In this document: in pieces, positions 25,224 through 34,578 of the stretch
Position numbering within the stretch: position 1 is the stretch's first letter
How the letters are laid out: every line of letters begins with the position of its first letter
NCBI GenBank assembly: GCA_028279595.1
Contig: JANQNK010000003.1
Span: forward strand, 176,568-240,567
Origin: Thermoplasmatota archaeon
GTDB taxonomy: Archaea; Thermoplasmatota; JAKEGO01
Direction: 5' to 3'
DNA length: 64,000 bases
Notes under the pieces: generated by a model
Seen by the model: the letters and a program-made list of their open reading frames with translations, nothing else
What the model was told of the DNA's origin: nothing
The model's database searches: none
Program-made: the position numbers and the translations under genes

Positions 25224-27077
25224 TCACCTTCTCCGGCGGAATACCGCGAACAGAGCGATCGTGGATACGACCGTCAACATGAGGGTGAACTCGGGCACCT
25301 TCTCGGGTGCATCATTATCCGTCATGTTTCCGAGCGGGTATCTATCCTCGGCGCTCCCGGCCCCGTCGATCGGATACGTTCCGGTGCCGTTCCAGTCCGA
25401 CCAGTAGTTACCCTCGCTGTCATCGTCGTCCCAGAGGTTCGTGGACGAGCTGTCTGCACCCTGGGAGCCGGTGCCTCCGTTGTTCACGATGTTGTTGTGG
25501 TGGATGCTCATATCCGAACAGGACGACAGTTCGATACCGTAGGCGTTGTTGTTGAATATCTCGTTCCATGCGATGGTGCCGTTGTCCGACGAGTAAAGGT
25601 AGATCCCTTGGGCGCTCCCCTCGTAGACCGAATTGTTTGTGATGGTCAGTCTGGACGTTGAAGCCGCTCCGTAGATCCCCTGGTCCGTGTTGTCATCGAA
25701 GTCATTGCCGGATATGGTGCAATCCTCGATGCCCGTCATCATGCGGACACCGTTGTCCGAGTTCTGGCGGAGGGTGTTGTTCGTGATCGTGGTGTTGTGG
25801 CTGTTCTGGTGCACGTAGATGCCATCGCTCCACGAGTTGTTGATCGTGTTGTTGTGTATCAACGACATGTACGAATCCCTGACCCAGATCCCGTCTCCAG
25901 TTCCCCACATGATATGGGAGTCCTGGATCGTGGTGTACTCGCACCAGAAGTACACATAGATCGATGTGATCCCGTTCTTCGTGAAGGTGCATCCCTCGAT
26001 CAGTGTGTAATGCGACCTGAAATATAGGACGATACCGCGCAGACCGTCCCTTATCGTACAGTTCCTTATCACGGTGGACATTGCCCACTCGGTCTCGATG
26101 TTGCTGCTCCCGCCTCCGCTGATGTAACTGTCCGCCACCGTGCAGTTCTCCGAGGTCTGGATGAAGATCCCCCGGTAAACGCCCTTGAACGTCCCGTTCG
26201 TGACATTGATCCAATCGCACTGGTGCATGGATATGGCCGTGTCCGTGTTCTCCGTCGAGAACCCATCGAGATCGATGTCCGCACAGTTCGCAAGTATCAC
26301 CATACCGACGCTGGTCGGAACGGAAACGTCGCTCGAGTTCGTCAGATAGTAGACGGGCAATCCGTTTACATCGGTGTTCTCGAACCAGTGCGTTGTCGTC
26401 CTGGCCTCCAACGAACCATCCAGGGACGGGCTGTCGTAGTTGAATGTGGTATCGGTGAAGTTGACGAGTGTCGTCGAATCGATGCTGAATCCGAATCGCG
26501 AGTTGTTCTCGAAGGTGCAATCGTTCACCCGCGCCCTGTTCACCTGGAACAGACTGACCCCATTCCATGAGTTGTTGTGTATGTAACAGTTGGTGAGCTT
26601 GAGGCGGTCAGCGTTGTAATAACGTATCCCATCAGTGGAACCGGTTATCACCGTATCGATTATCTCGAGGTCATCGTAGTCATCGTCGTAAATTCCGTGG
26701 GTCCAAATACCCGATCCGTTCCCTACGATCGTGAACCCCTTGATGGTGACCTCGTCCGAGATGACGTTGACCGCATAGTCGTTCCCCGGACCCTCGATCA
26801 GCACGAGGTCCGAGCCGTTCCCCTTCATCCAGATATTGTTGTCGATATCGATGCTCTCGTAGTAATTACCCTCGTAGACCCTGATCCTCTTCTGCCCGAC
26901 GGAGGCGTTGGACCCGGTGGCGTCGATGGCCTCCTGGATCGTTCCGTAATCGGCCCAGGTCCCGTTGTCGTCATCCACGATTATCTGTCCCTCGGCCTCC
27001 CCTGTCACCAGAACGAGACCGGCGAACAGCAGGAATCCGAAGCATAGCAGTATCAGTATCCTCTTGTAACCCCACAT
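25224..27077 (-). CDS. Right-handed parallel beta-helix (PbH1/NosD-like) surface protein with PEF-CTERM
   Basis: Signal/TM N-terminus and many N-x-I/V-x-N beta-helix rungs. C-terminus: APEKVPEFTLMLTVVSTIALFAVFRRRR. Confidence 0.7.
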   Translation of the reverse strand: MWGYKRILILLCFGFLLFAGLVLVTGEAEGQIIVDDDNGTWADYGTIQEAIDATGSNASVGQKRIRVYEGNYYESIDIDNNIWMKGNGSDLVLIEGPGNDYAVNVISDEVTIKGFTIVGNGSGIWTHGIYDDDYDDLEIIDTVITGSTDGIRYYNADRLKLTNCYIHNNSWNGVSLFQVNRARVNDCTFENNSRFGFSIDSTTLVNFTDTTFNYDSPSLDGSLEARTTTHWFENTDVNGLPVYYLTNSSDVSVPTSVGMVILANCADIDLDGFSTENTDTAISMHQCDWINVTNGTFKGVYRGIFIQTSENCTVADSYISGGGSSNIETEWAMSTVIRNCTIRDGLRGIVLYFRSHYTLIEGCTFTKNGITSIYVYFWCEYTTIQDSHIMWGTGDGIWVRDSYMSLIHNNTINNSWSDGIYVHQNSHNTTITNNTLRQNSDNGVRMMTGIEDCTISGNDFDDNTDQGIYGAASTSRLTITNNSVYEGSAQGIYLYSSDNGTIAWNEIFNNNAYGIELSSCSDMSIHHNNIVNNGGTGSQGADSSSTNLWDDDDSEGNYWSDWNGTGTYPIDGAGSAEDRYPLGNMTDNDAPEKVPEFTLMLTVVSTIALFAVFRRRR

Positions 27078-27205
27078 GGTTATCCCGGCCAGAAATCGAG
27101 GAAGGGTTACTTAATGCTACCTGATGGTTTGACCCGGACCCGTCCATCCTGGCTCCTACCACCCGCCCATTGTCTCCAACGCTGGTGCGGGGTCCAGATC
27201 CGACC

Positions 27206-28648
27206 TCAATATCTGCGTCTGCGGACGACGATGGCCATGAGGAACATCGCTGCCAGCGAGATCATCACTGTGAATTCCGGGACCTTCTCAGGAGCGTTCG
27301 TCGGGAATGGGTCGTCAGCGGGCGCGTCGTCCTCGGCGTTCCCTGCCCCGTCAAGCGGATAAGCTCCGGTGCCGTTCCAGTTGTCCCACCAGTTGCCCTC
27401 GGATCCGTCCGTCCATTGATTATTGCCGGTCTCGTCCGCCGCCTGCGGCGAGTTGTGGTTCTTCAGGAAGTTGTTGTGGTGGATGACGTTGTTCCAGCAG
27501 TCCCAGCCGACATAGACGCCGTACTCATCGTTCCAGATGATCTCATTGTAGGTTATCGTGTTGTTCTCGGAGCTCCCCAGTCCGATACCGTACAGCAAGT
27601 TGTACTGGTATGTGCAGTTAGTGATGAAAGTCCAGTTGCAGTTGATCAACGTCGTTCCGTTGTAGGAGTTGTTGAAGACGTTGCAGACCATGAAGGCGTT
27701 CCGGTCGCTCATGGTCATCAGGACGCCGTCGTAGGTGCTCTCGCTGATCTCGGTGTTCTTGAAGAGGTTGTCATGGCACAGGTACATGTATACCCCTCTC
27801 CAGGTATGGTTGGATATCGAACAGTTGTCGAATGTGTTGTTGTTGCAGGATTCCAGGCTCAACCCATCGTAGTTGTCCCACTTGAAACCATTCTCGTGGA
27901 AGGTGGTGTTCCGGAAGGTGTTGTTCTCAGCGCTGTACCAACCCAATCCCTCGTAGTAGTTCCTCGAGAGGTCGCACATCTCGAACGTGTTCCAGTATAC
28001 CTGCCAGCCGCCTATCCCGGCCCCAGTGGTCCGGTTCACGGTACAGTTGTAGAAGTAACTGCCGTTGACGTAGTGCATCTGGATGCCGACCTCGGCGCCC
28101 CTCATGAAGAGGCTGTTCGTGAACGTCACGTTGTCTATTGTCTCGAGGTTCACATTATGGGTCCTGTAGACGTAGAGGTTGTCGAAATAGCTCCAGTTGA
28201 CGTTGACGAGGTTCAGCCCGTAACTGTCGGAACCGAAGGTCCTGTTCATGGAGCAATTATATGCCCGCGCGTTGGAGCAGTTCTGAATGTCCAGGATCCC
28301 GTACCTGTACCGGTGGCTAGTCATCCCGATGTTCTCGATCTTCACGTCATCGGCCCTGACCGCGATCGCGCTCCCGTCCTGCCCGCCATCCACGATGGTC
28401 TCGTTCGTGCCGTTGCCGATCAACCTCATCGACTTGTTCACGACGACGTTCTCCTCGTACAGGCCCTCGTGGATGAAGATCCAGTTCCCGGCCGTCGTGT
28501 TGTCGATCGCATCCTGGATGTTGTCGAAATCCGCTCCAGCCCAATCATCGTCGACAGTGACCTCCAATGGTCTTCCACCAACCAGTCCTGCAGTAACAAG
28601 CACGATCGAAAGCAATCCGACTATCGTCAACATTCGTACCGGTCCCAT
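27206..28648 (-). CDS. Right-handed parallel beta-helix surface protein with PEF-CTERM (paralogue)
   Basis: Same architecture. C-terminus: APEKVPEFTVMISLAAMFLMAIVVRRRRY. The ATG at 28648 is preferred over the GTG at 28654. Confidence 0.7.
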   Translation of the reverse strand: MGPVRMLTIVGLLSIVLVTAGLVGGRPLEVTVDDDWAGADFDNIQDAIDNTTAGNWIFIHEGLYEENVVVNKSMRLIGNGTNETIVDGGQDGSAIAVRADDVKIENIGMTSHRYRYGILDIQNCSNARAYNCSMNRTFGSDSYGLNLVNVNWSYFDNLYVYRTHNVNLETIDNVTFTNSLFMRGAEVGIQMHYVNGSYFYNCTVNRTTGAGIGGWQVYWNTFEMCDLSRNYYEGLGWYSAENNTFRNTTFHENGFKWDNYDGLSLESCNNNTFDNCSISNHTWRGVYMYLCHDNLFKNTEISESTYDGVLMTMSDRNAFMVCNVFNNSYNGTTLINCNWTFITNCTYQYNLLYGIGLGSSENNTITYNEIIWNDEYGVYVGWDCWNNVIHHNNFLKNHNSPQAADETGNNQWTDGSEGNWWDNWNGTGAYPLDGAGNAEDDAPADDPFPTNAPEKVPEFTVMISLAAMFLMAIVVRRRRY

Positions 28649-28715
28649 TTTCACACCTCTGGTCGGCGCCCCCGCGCCAACTGACGAATCGAAGCTTTAC
28701 GTAATAAATCTTCCC

Positions 28716-30989
28716 TCAGTCCTTCCTCGGAAGCGTCCTGCCCATCTGGAAGCCCAGGAACAGGGCGACCGCGATGGAAGCGATGGTCAGTCCGAGCATC
28801 GCGAACATCAGCCAATCGTCGGTGAAGTCATCGGAACTGTCGGGCCTTGAACGGATGTCGTCCACCTCGAACAGTTCTGTCTCAATGGTGATGTAACCGC
28901 CGGAGTACTGATCAGATGGGGGTCCGAAGTCGTACGGCGATGTGTCACGGGAAACGGGAGCTTTCGCTACGGTGCCCGGAGCCACGCGAATGTCGACGTG
29001 GGTCGTGTACTCTATCCTCGGCTCGGGGAACTCGTCCTCGGGCCCGTCTATGAACACCTTGACCGCCTCGCCGTGTACGTTGAAGTGGGCCCAGCCGGGG
29101 CCGGACACATCCGACTCCCACACCTTGGTCCCGTCGTTGTCGAACGGCTGGGGTACCAGGTCGTTCTGTCCGTCACCGTCGAGGTCGGCCCAGACGTCGA
29201 CGTTCCCCCACGTGAGCTCGTCGTAGTTGATCGGCTCCCAGTGGAACGTGACGGTGATGTGCTCCGAACCCTCGGGCAGATGGACACGGTGCGCCTGGTC
29301 GGTCGCGTAGGATCCCGCAGGCGACGTTGGATTCTGGCTCTGGTTGATGAAGTTCGCCCACTCCCCGCGCCAGGTGGTCTTCAGGATGTCCGTCGCCGAC
29401 CATATCTCCTTCTTCGAGAGTATCTCTCCGTAGATGGTCAACGCCGTGTCCACCGAAGCGTCGGGATTGTCGGGCTGACCGTCGTTGTTGTCATCCGCGG
29501 TCCTGAGCTCCTCTAGTACGAGACATACGGCTACCGCCTTTGTGGCGTTGACAACCCCGTATCCCTGCGCGAAATCGAAGGGCTTGTCATTGATGCCGTC
29601 GTCGAACTGATCAGGGATCAGGTTGCTCCCGGTCGGCTCGATGTAGTCGGCGGTCATCTTCATTATGTACTCGGCCTCGTGGATACGGGTGTTCTCCATG
29701 GAGTCCCAGTCGTCGAATTCGTTGGTCGAGTTCGGAGTGAACTCCTCGTGATAGTCGCTGACCTTCATACTGGGAGCGGCCTGCCACATCAACGCGGCGA
29801 GTCCGGCCACGTGTGGACATGCCATGCTCGTACCGTTGATGGCCATGTAGTACATGTCCTCGTCGATCCGCTGGTAGGTGTCCAGCCACGTGCCCCGGGG
29901 TGTCGTCGCCCATATGTTCTGGCCCGGCGCGGCAACGTCCGGGTAGGTATCGAAGTTCCCGGCCTGTCCGCGGGAGGAGAAACCCTCGATCGCATTGCCC
30001 GCCTTGGCCGCTGCGGCAACACCGATCACCGCAGGAGTGTTGGACTGACCGCTTGTGTTGATTGCACGTCCGTCACCATTGTCATTGCCGGCGGCGAAGA
30101 CAACTACGACATTGTTCTCGTAGGTGAGCTTCTCCGAGATGATGCTTACAGGGGAGTCCGGATTGTACTCCTGTCCCGCGCCGCCCCATGAATTGCTGAC
30201 GACCCTGATGTTGTGCGGGTTGTTCCCCGGTCTGCTGTGGTCGTAGACGAACCACAGCCCCTCGACGACCTCCCAGTTCACCGGGGTCCAGTCGCCGCCG
30301 ACCCCAATGAGGTTCGCTCCTGGGGCTACACCCTTCCGCAGACCGCCGGATGCATCGCCGTTCCCAGCGACTATCCCTGCGCAGTGCGTCCCGTGGCCGT
30401 ATGACGTATCGGTGTTCTCCATCTGGGTCCACGGCTCGCCAGCGCTGCTGTGCCAGTTCTCAAGGGTCTTCTCCCTGTAATCGAGGTCGGGATGACCGGC
30501 GTCGACCCCGGTGTCAACAACGGCAACGGTCACTCCGCGTCCGTCGATGCCCAGCAACATGGCGAGGTCGTCGAGCTCCTGGTCGGGTGCCCCATCGCGG
30601 ATGGGTACCCTGTTCCAGACGTCCTGCGCCCCGATCGTGGCCGTGGACAGCTGCAGGTTCAGATGGACCGGATAGTTGTGCTCCATCCACTTGACCGCGT
30701 CGAGACCGCTGACCGCGAGCAAACCGTCCTTATCACCCGAGATGAGCATTGCGCCGAGTTCATCGATCGTGTCCAGGACCCGAACGTCCACGCTGTAAAC
30801 GGAATCCATCTCACCCGGATCCGAGAACATGACCACGACCTCCTCTCGGTCGCCGGGTCCCATGTCGTGGATGATCTCGATGAGATTTGGGTCGATGACG
30901 GAGAGCTCGACGTCCGTCTCGGCTGTGGTCGAGACCGGTATGAGAACGGTCGATATCAGCAGGATTGCTATGAACGGAGCGGCCTTCAT
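28716..30989 (-). CDS. Subtilisin-like serine protease (peptidase S8), C-terminally membrane anchored
   Basis: Catalytic triad in VAVVDTGVD, HGTHCAG and GTSMACPHVAG. The signal peptide MKAAPFIAILLISTVLIPVSTTA starts at the ATG at 30989. The track ORF is extended to a GTG at 31073. Confidence 0.85.
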   Translation of the reverse strand: MKAAPFIAILLISTVLIPVSTTAETDVELSVIDPNLIEIIHDMGPGDREEVVVMFSDPGEMDSVYSVDVRVLDTIDELGAMLISGDKDGLLAVSGLDAVKWMEHNYPVHLNLQLSTATIGAQDVWNRVPIRDGAPDQELDDLAMLLGIDGRGVTVAVVDTGVDAGHPDLDYREKTLENWHSSAGEPWTQMENTDTSYGHGTHCAGIVAGNGDASGGLRKGVAPGANLIGVGGDWTPVNWEVVEGLWFVYDHSRPGNNPHNIRVVSNSWGGAGQEYNPDSPVSIISEKLTYENNVVVVFAAGNDNGDGRAINTSGQSNTPAVIGVAAAAKAGNAIEGFSSRGQAGNFDTYPDVAAPGQNIWATTPRGTWLDTYQRIDEDMYYMAINGTSMACPHVAGLAALMWQAAPSMKVSDYHEEFTPNSTNEFDDWDSMENTRIHEAEYIMKMTADYIEPTGSNLIPDQFDDGINDKPFDFAQGYGVVNATKAVAVCLVLEELRTADDNNDGQPDNPDASVDTALTIYGEILSKKEIWSATDILKTTWRGEWANFINQSQNPTSPAGSYATDQAHRVHLPEGSEHITVTFHWEPINYDELTWGNVDVWADLDGDGQNDLVPQPFDNDGTKVWESDVSGPGWAHFNVHGEAVKVFIDGPEDEFPEPRIEYTTHVDIRVAPGTVAKAPVSRDTSPYDFGPPSDQYSGGYITIETELFEVDDIRSRPDSSDDFTDDWLMFAMLGLTIASIAVALFLGFQMGRTLPRKD

Positions 30990-31010
30990 CGTCGGAATTA
31001 TGGTCACTGA

Positions 31011-31018
31011 ATATTTAA
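31011..31018 (-). promoter_or_regulatory. TATA box for the S8 protease (near-leaderless)
   Basis: Minus-strand TTAAATAT, about 25 nt upstream of the ATG at 30989. Confidence 0.35.
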
Positions 31019-31072
31019 GATTGGCGCCTTCATGCAATTGGGATGCTGGGTGGTGCGGTATGATCTGGGCCA

Positions 31073-32560
31073 CTAGGGCGGCTGTACGGATCCCCTCGGT
31101 CCAGTCTCGGGCATGTCGGGGACCATCGGCAGGGCGATAGTGACCTTGGTCCCTTCGTCCACGGCGCTCTCTATCGAGAGCCGTCCGTAGTTACGCTCGA
31201 CCATGTCCCTGACCATCGCGAGACCGCTGCTGGTCGGATCCTCCGCGCTGGTGGCATAGGGGTCCAGTGCGCTCCTCAGCTTCTCGCTGGATATCCCGGA
31301 ACCCTCGTCAGAGATCATCACCTTCAGGTAGGAGCCCTCCGGAAGCTCCATCTTGACCCTCTCGATCTCCTCGAGGTCCTTGAGCTGTATGGATATTGAA
31401 CCACCCCCCTCCATCGCCTCGATGGCATTGTCCACCAGGGTTATCAGGGTCGACTGCAGATCGACGGCGCTCGCGTACACCCGGTACTCCCCTGGGTCGG
31501 CCTCGAATGATATCTGCACGTTGTCCGGCAGTCCCATCCTCATCATCTTGACCGTACCCTTCATGAGGATCAGGAGACTGTGCTCCGATGCTGACTCCGA
31601 GGTCATTCCCGTGACGTCGAGGACCTGGTTCACGAGCCTCGAGCATCGCTTGCCTCCGGTGTATATCTCACGTAGCCACTCACGCATCTCCTCGTCCTCG
31701 AGCTTGGTGTAAACGAGCTGTGAGGCGCCGATGATCATGTTGAGGATGTTGTTGACCTCGTGGGCAAGGCCCATTCCCATTGCGGACATCGCGTCGAGCT
31801 TCTGGGCCCTCCGGGCCTCCTTCTCGAGGACCCGGTGTTCGGTGACGTCCTGTGCAAGCCCCATGATCGAAGGCTCGCCGTGGTATGTAACGCCTGTCGT
31901 CGTGATCTTGACCATCCTGTACCCCTCGCGGGTCTTCATGCGGATCTCGGAGTTGGGTGTCTCGCCCTTGACCGCCCGCTCGTACAGGTCCTGCATCTTC
32001 TCCCTGTCGGCCGAGTGGATGGTGTCGGTGAAGTAGAGGCCTTCGAGCTCGGACCTGTCGGTCTCGAGGATCCGTTCCATGCTCTGGTTGGCATAGCGGA
32101 ACTTGCCCTTCTGGAGCATGAAGATGCCGGAGGGATTGTGCTCGGCGAGGGTCCTGTAGACCTCCTCGCTGGCTTTCAGCCTCGCCTCCATCTTGTGCCT
32201 GTAGAGGGCCATCTGTATGGTGGTGTGGAGCTCCCGTCCCTCGAAGGGCTTCAGAAGATATCCGTAGGGGCTGGTCTCCCTCGCCTTCTCGACGGTTGCG
32301 TTGTCGGAATAGGCGGTCAGGTAGACTATCGGGATGTCGACCTTGGAACGTATCTCACCCGCGGTCGCGAACCCGTCCATCTCCCCCTTGAGCTTGATGT
32401 CCATCAGGATGATGTCAGGTCTGTCGGACAACGCGGTGTCGACGGCGAGGGCGCCGCTGGACGATATTCCGGTGACCTCGTAACCCATGTTGATGAGGCT
32501 CCGCTTGATGTCCTCTGCGACGATCCTCTCGTCCTCGACGATCATTACCCTGGTTTCCAT
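31073..32560 (-). CDS. Hybrid sensor: receiver + PAS + HisKA/HATPase histidine kinase
   Basis: REC (MIVEDE...IILMDIKL...KPF), PAS, H-box LAHEVNNILN, ATPase G-boxes (DEGSGI; SSGLAMV). Confidence 0.8.
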   Translation of the reverse strand: METRVMIVEDERIVAEDIKRSLINMGYEVTGISSSGALAVDTALSDRPDIILMDIKLKGEMDGFATAGEIRSKVDIPIVYLTAYSDNATVEKARETSPYGYLLKPFEGRELHTTIQMALYRHKMEARLKASEEVYRTLAEHNPSGIFMLQKGKFRYANQSMERILETDRSELEGLYFTDTIHSADREKMQDLYERAVKGETPNSEIRMKTREGYRMVKITTTGVTYHGEPSIMGLAQDVTEHRVLEKEARRAQKLDAMSAMGMGLAHEVNNILNMIIGASQLVYTKLEDEEMREWLREIYTGGKRCSRLVNQVLDVTGMTSESASEHSLLILMKGTVKMMRMGLPDNVQISFEADPGEYRVYASAVDLQSTLITLVDNAIEAMEGGGSISIQLKDLEEIERVKMELPEGSYLKVMISDEGSGISSEKLRSALDPYATSAEDPTSSGLAMVRDMVERNYGRLSIESAVDEGTKVTIALPMVPDMPETGPRGSVQPP

Positions 32561-32633
32561 CCACTCACCGGTCGATATTCATGGTTAGACCGCGATACTA
32601 TCGATTGCCCCGCATCTGATCTCTGCTGCTTCC

Positions 32634-33326
32634 TCACTTGGCGATCGTGATGCCGCCAGCGCCTATGTCATACGTCATGAGTTCGGTCGGCGTCGGCGTG
32701 TTCCGCATCTTGATGATGTCCATCGCGCGCTCCCTGTTCCCCGTGTACGGATTGTCGCGCTTCTGCAGGCGTATGGCCCCGTGGGCCCAGAAGAGCGCCA
32801 TGTCATTGAACTCCTTGGAGGTCGCGCTGTCGATAATGACGAGGGCTGTAATCCCTTTCCGCTTGAGGCCGTGGATGAGGAGGCCGAACTGGTCCTTGAA
32901 GTCCTGGACCGTGAGGTTCGCCGTGTAGCTGCCGAGGCTGTCAATGACGACCGCCTTCGTTCCCTCCGGGAGGTCCTGGAGGATCCCGACGAAGTTGCCC
33001 TTCCTGGCCTCGTGGGTGATGATCATTGCCATCTCCATCTCGATGTCGTCGAGGGTGGCAAGGTCCATGAAGTTCAATGTGCCGGCGTCCTTCGGGCCCT
33101 TGAGGTCCCACTCGAACGATTCCGCCTGCGCTATGAGGTCGTTCGGGTCCTCCTCGCTGGCCATGTAGACGGTGTTCAGCCCCGCCTTCATGCATGCATT
33201 GACGAATTGGAGGCAGAATATGGTCTTTCCCGCTCCTGCGTTCCCAGTCACCACGATCGTCCTGCCAACCGGAAATCCGCCGAGCGCCTCATCGATGCCC
33301 TCTATCCCCGTCGATATCCTGTCCAT
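32634..33326 (-). CDS. KaiC-like / RecA-superfamily single-domain ATPase
   Basis: GIEGIDEALGGFPVGRTIVVTGNAGAGKTIFCLQF (Walker A) and AVVIDSLGS (Walker B). The ATG at 33326 is preferred (track GTG at 33335). Confidence 0.75.
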   Translation of the reverse strand: MDRISTGIEGIDEALGGFPVGRTIVVTGNAGAGKTIFCLQFVNACMKAGLNTVYMASEEDPNDLIAQAESFEWDLKGPKDAGTLNFMDLATLDDIEMEMAMIITHEARKGNFVGILQDLPEGTKAVVIDSLGSYTANLTVQDFKDQFGLLIHGLKRKGITALVIIDSATSKEFNDMALFWAHGAIRLQKRDNPYTGNRERAMDIIKMRNTPTPTELMTYDIGAGGITIAK

Positions 33327-33363
33327 CTTCCACACACTCCGTCAAACCGTTATCCGTTCCTTC

Positions 33364-34578
33364 CTATTTATCCTTCGTGCTGATGTTGTACTCGAAGCTG
33401 CAGGTGTCCGCTCCGCCGGCGATGGTGGTCTTGTGTGCCACCGACACCTTCTCGTCCGTCCATCCCGCGCTCCTCATGACCATGGTCCGGCACACGAGGC
33501 AGAACACAGGGTTCCCCCGTGCCTCCTCTACCCACGGACATGCCTTGAAATGCAGTTCATCACCGACCATCTCGGTCTCGATGCCGACGTCCTGGAACAG
33601 CGTGGCTATCCATCCCTGAAGGCACTGGAAGTCGGGAAGCTGTTCCGATCCCTCTTCAAGGGAGCAAACCGAATCCTCGAGGAATCGGGGCCTCATCTGG
33701 GCCTCGAAGCGCTCCGCGAAGCTCTTGATGAGCTCGTCCCGGACCTTTGCGGGGACGCTGCCAGCGAATACCGGCAGGGCGCTGATGAGGAATCCATAGA
33801 CCTCTCCCTTGGCCTTCTCGCGCTCTAGCGCTTCCGCCTTCTTCCGTTCCGTGATGTCCCTGAAGAACCCTCTGGTCAGGACGACCTGACCGTCCTTCAC
33901 GAGCGCATTGACGTTCCCCTCGACGGTTATCCGGTCCCCATCCTTGGTCATGAACTCGGTCTCGATACCGGCGAGGGGACTGCCCGACATGACCTCCTTG
34001 AACATCACCATGCATTCCTCGCGATGATCGGGGCAAATGATGTCGAATACGTTCAGACCGGGTAGGTCCTCATCGGCAAATCCCAGGGTCTCCTTCCATG
34101 CCCGGTTCACATGGATGATCTCACCCTGTGGACCGACCTGCTGGATCAGGTCCATCGAATTGTCGAAGAGGTCCCGCAGATGGGCCTCGCTCTCTCGGAG
34201 ATCCGTCTCGAGCTTGTGCTTGTGGAGGGCCATCTCGATGTTCGTGTGGAGTTCCCTCTCCTCGAAGGGTTTGAGTATGTACCCGAACGGATCGGTCAAT
34301 TTTGCCCTTGATAGTGTATCGTCATCCGAGTATGCGGTGAGGTAGACGATCGGTATGTCCATCCTCTCGCGGATACGCTCGGCCGCTTCGACGCCGTCGA
34401 TGTCGCCCTTGAGGACTATGTCCATCAGGACCAGGTCGGGTCCCTTGTCGATGGCCAGGGCGACTGCGTCGTCACCCGTGGCGGCCGCACCCACGATGTC
34501 GTATCCGAGCGCCTCCAGGGTCGACTGGATGTCCATCGAGACTATGCTCTCGTCCTCGACGACCAGGATCCCGGTCAT
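33364..34578 (-). CDS. Response regulator: receiver + PAS + Cys-rich C-terminal output domain (methanogen-output-domain-1-like)
   Basis: REC (ILVVEDE...LVLMDIVL...KPF), a PAS module, then an about 150-aa domain with FKACPWVEEARGNPVFCLVCRTMVMRSAGW...TCSF. Confidence 0.7.
   Translation of the reverse strand: MTGILVVEDESIVSMDIQSTLEALGYDIVGAAATGDDAVALAIDKGPDLVLMDIVLKGDIDGVEAAERIRERMDIPIVYLTAYSDDDTLSRAKLTDPFGYILKPFEERELHTNIEMALHKHKLETDLRESEAHLRDLFDNSMDLIQQVGPQGEIIHVNRAWKETLGFADEDLPGLNVFDIICPDHREECMVMFKEVMSGSPLAGIETEFMTKDGDRITVEGNVNALVKDGQVVLTRGFFRDITERKKAEALEREKAKGEVYGFLISALPVFAGSVPAKVRDELIKSFAERFEAQMRPRFLEDSVCSLEEGSEQLPDFQCLQGWIATLFQDVGIETEMVGDELHFKACPWVEEARGNPVFCLVCRTMVMRSAGWTDEKVSVAHKTTIAGGADTCSFEYNISTKDK

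Noticed and set aside
27170-28684. Long antisense or alternative-frame ORFs opposite real genes (also 4370..5410, 5894..6862, 35326..36258, 40840..41991, 45237..46175, 47076..47840, 59973..60911, 31760..32650)
   Set aside because: They are typical shadow ORFs of high-GC coding DNA: Arg/Pro/Gly/Val-rich, without recognisable motifs, and each fully overlapped by a gene with clear domain signatures.
28716-31073. N-terminal extensions of the S8 protease (to GTG 31073), the receiver (49889..50464) and the kinase (55034..59353)
   Set aside because: The internal ATG starts give a proper signal peptide (30989), a canonical receiver N-terminus (50341) or avoid a 35-nt overlap and sit behind a TATA-like element (59251).
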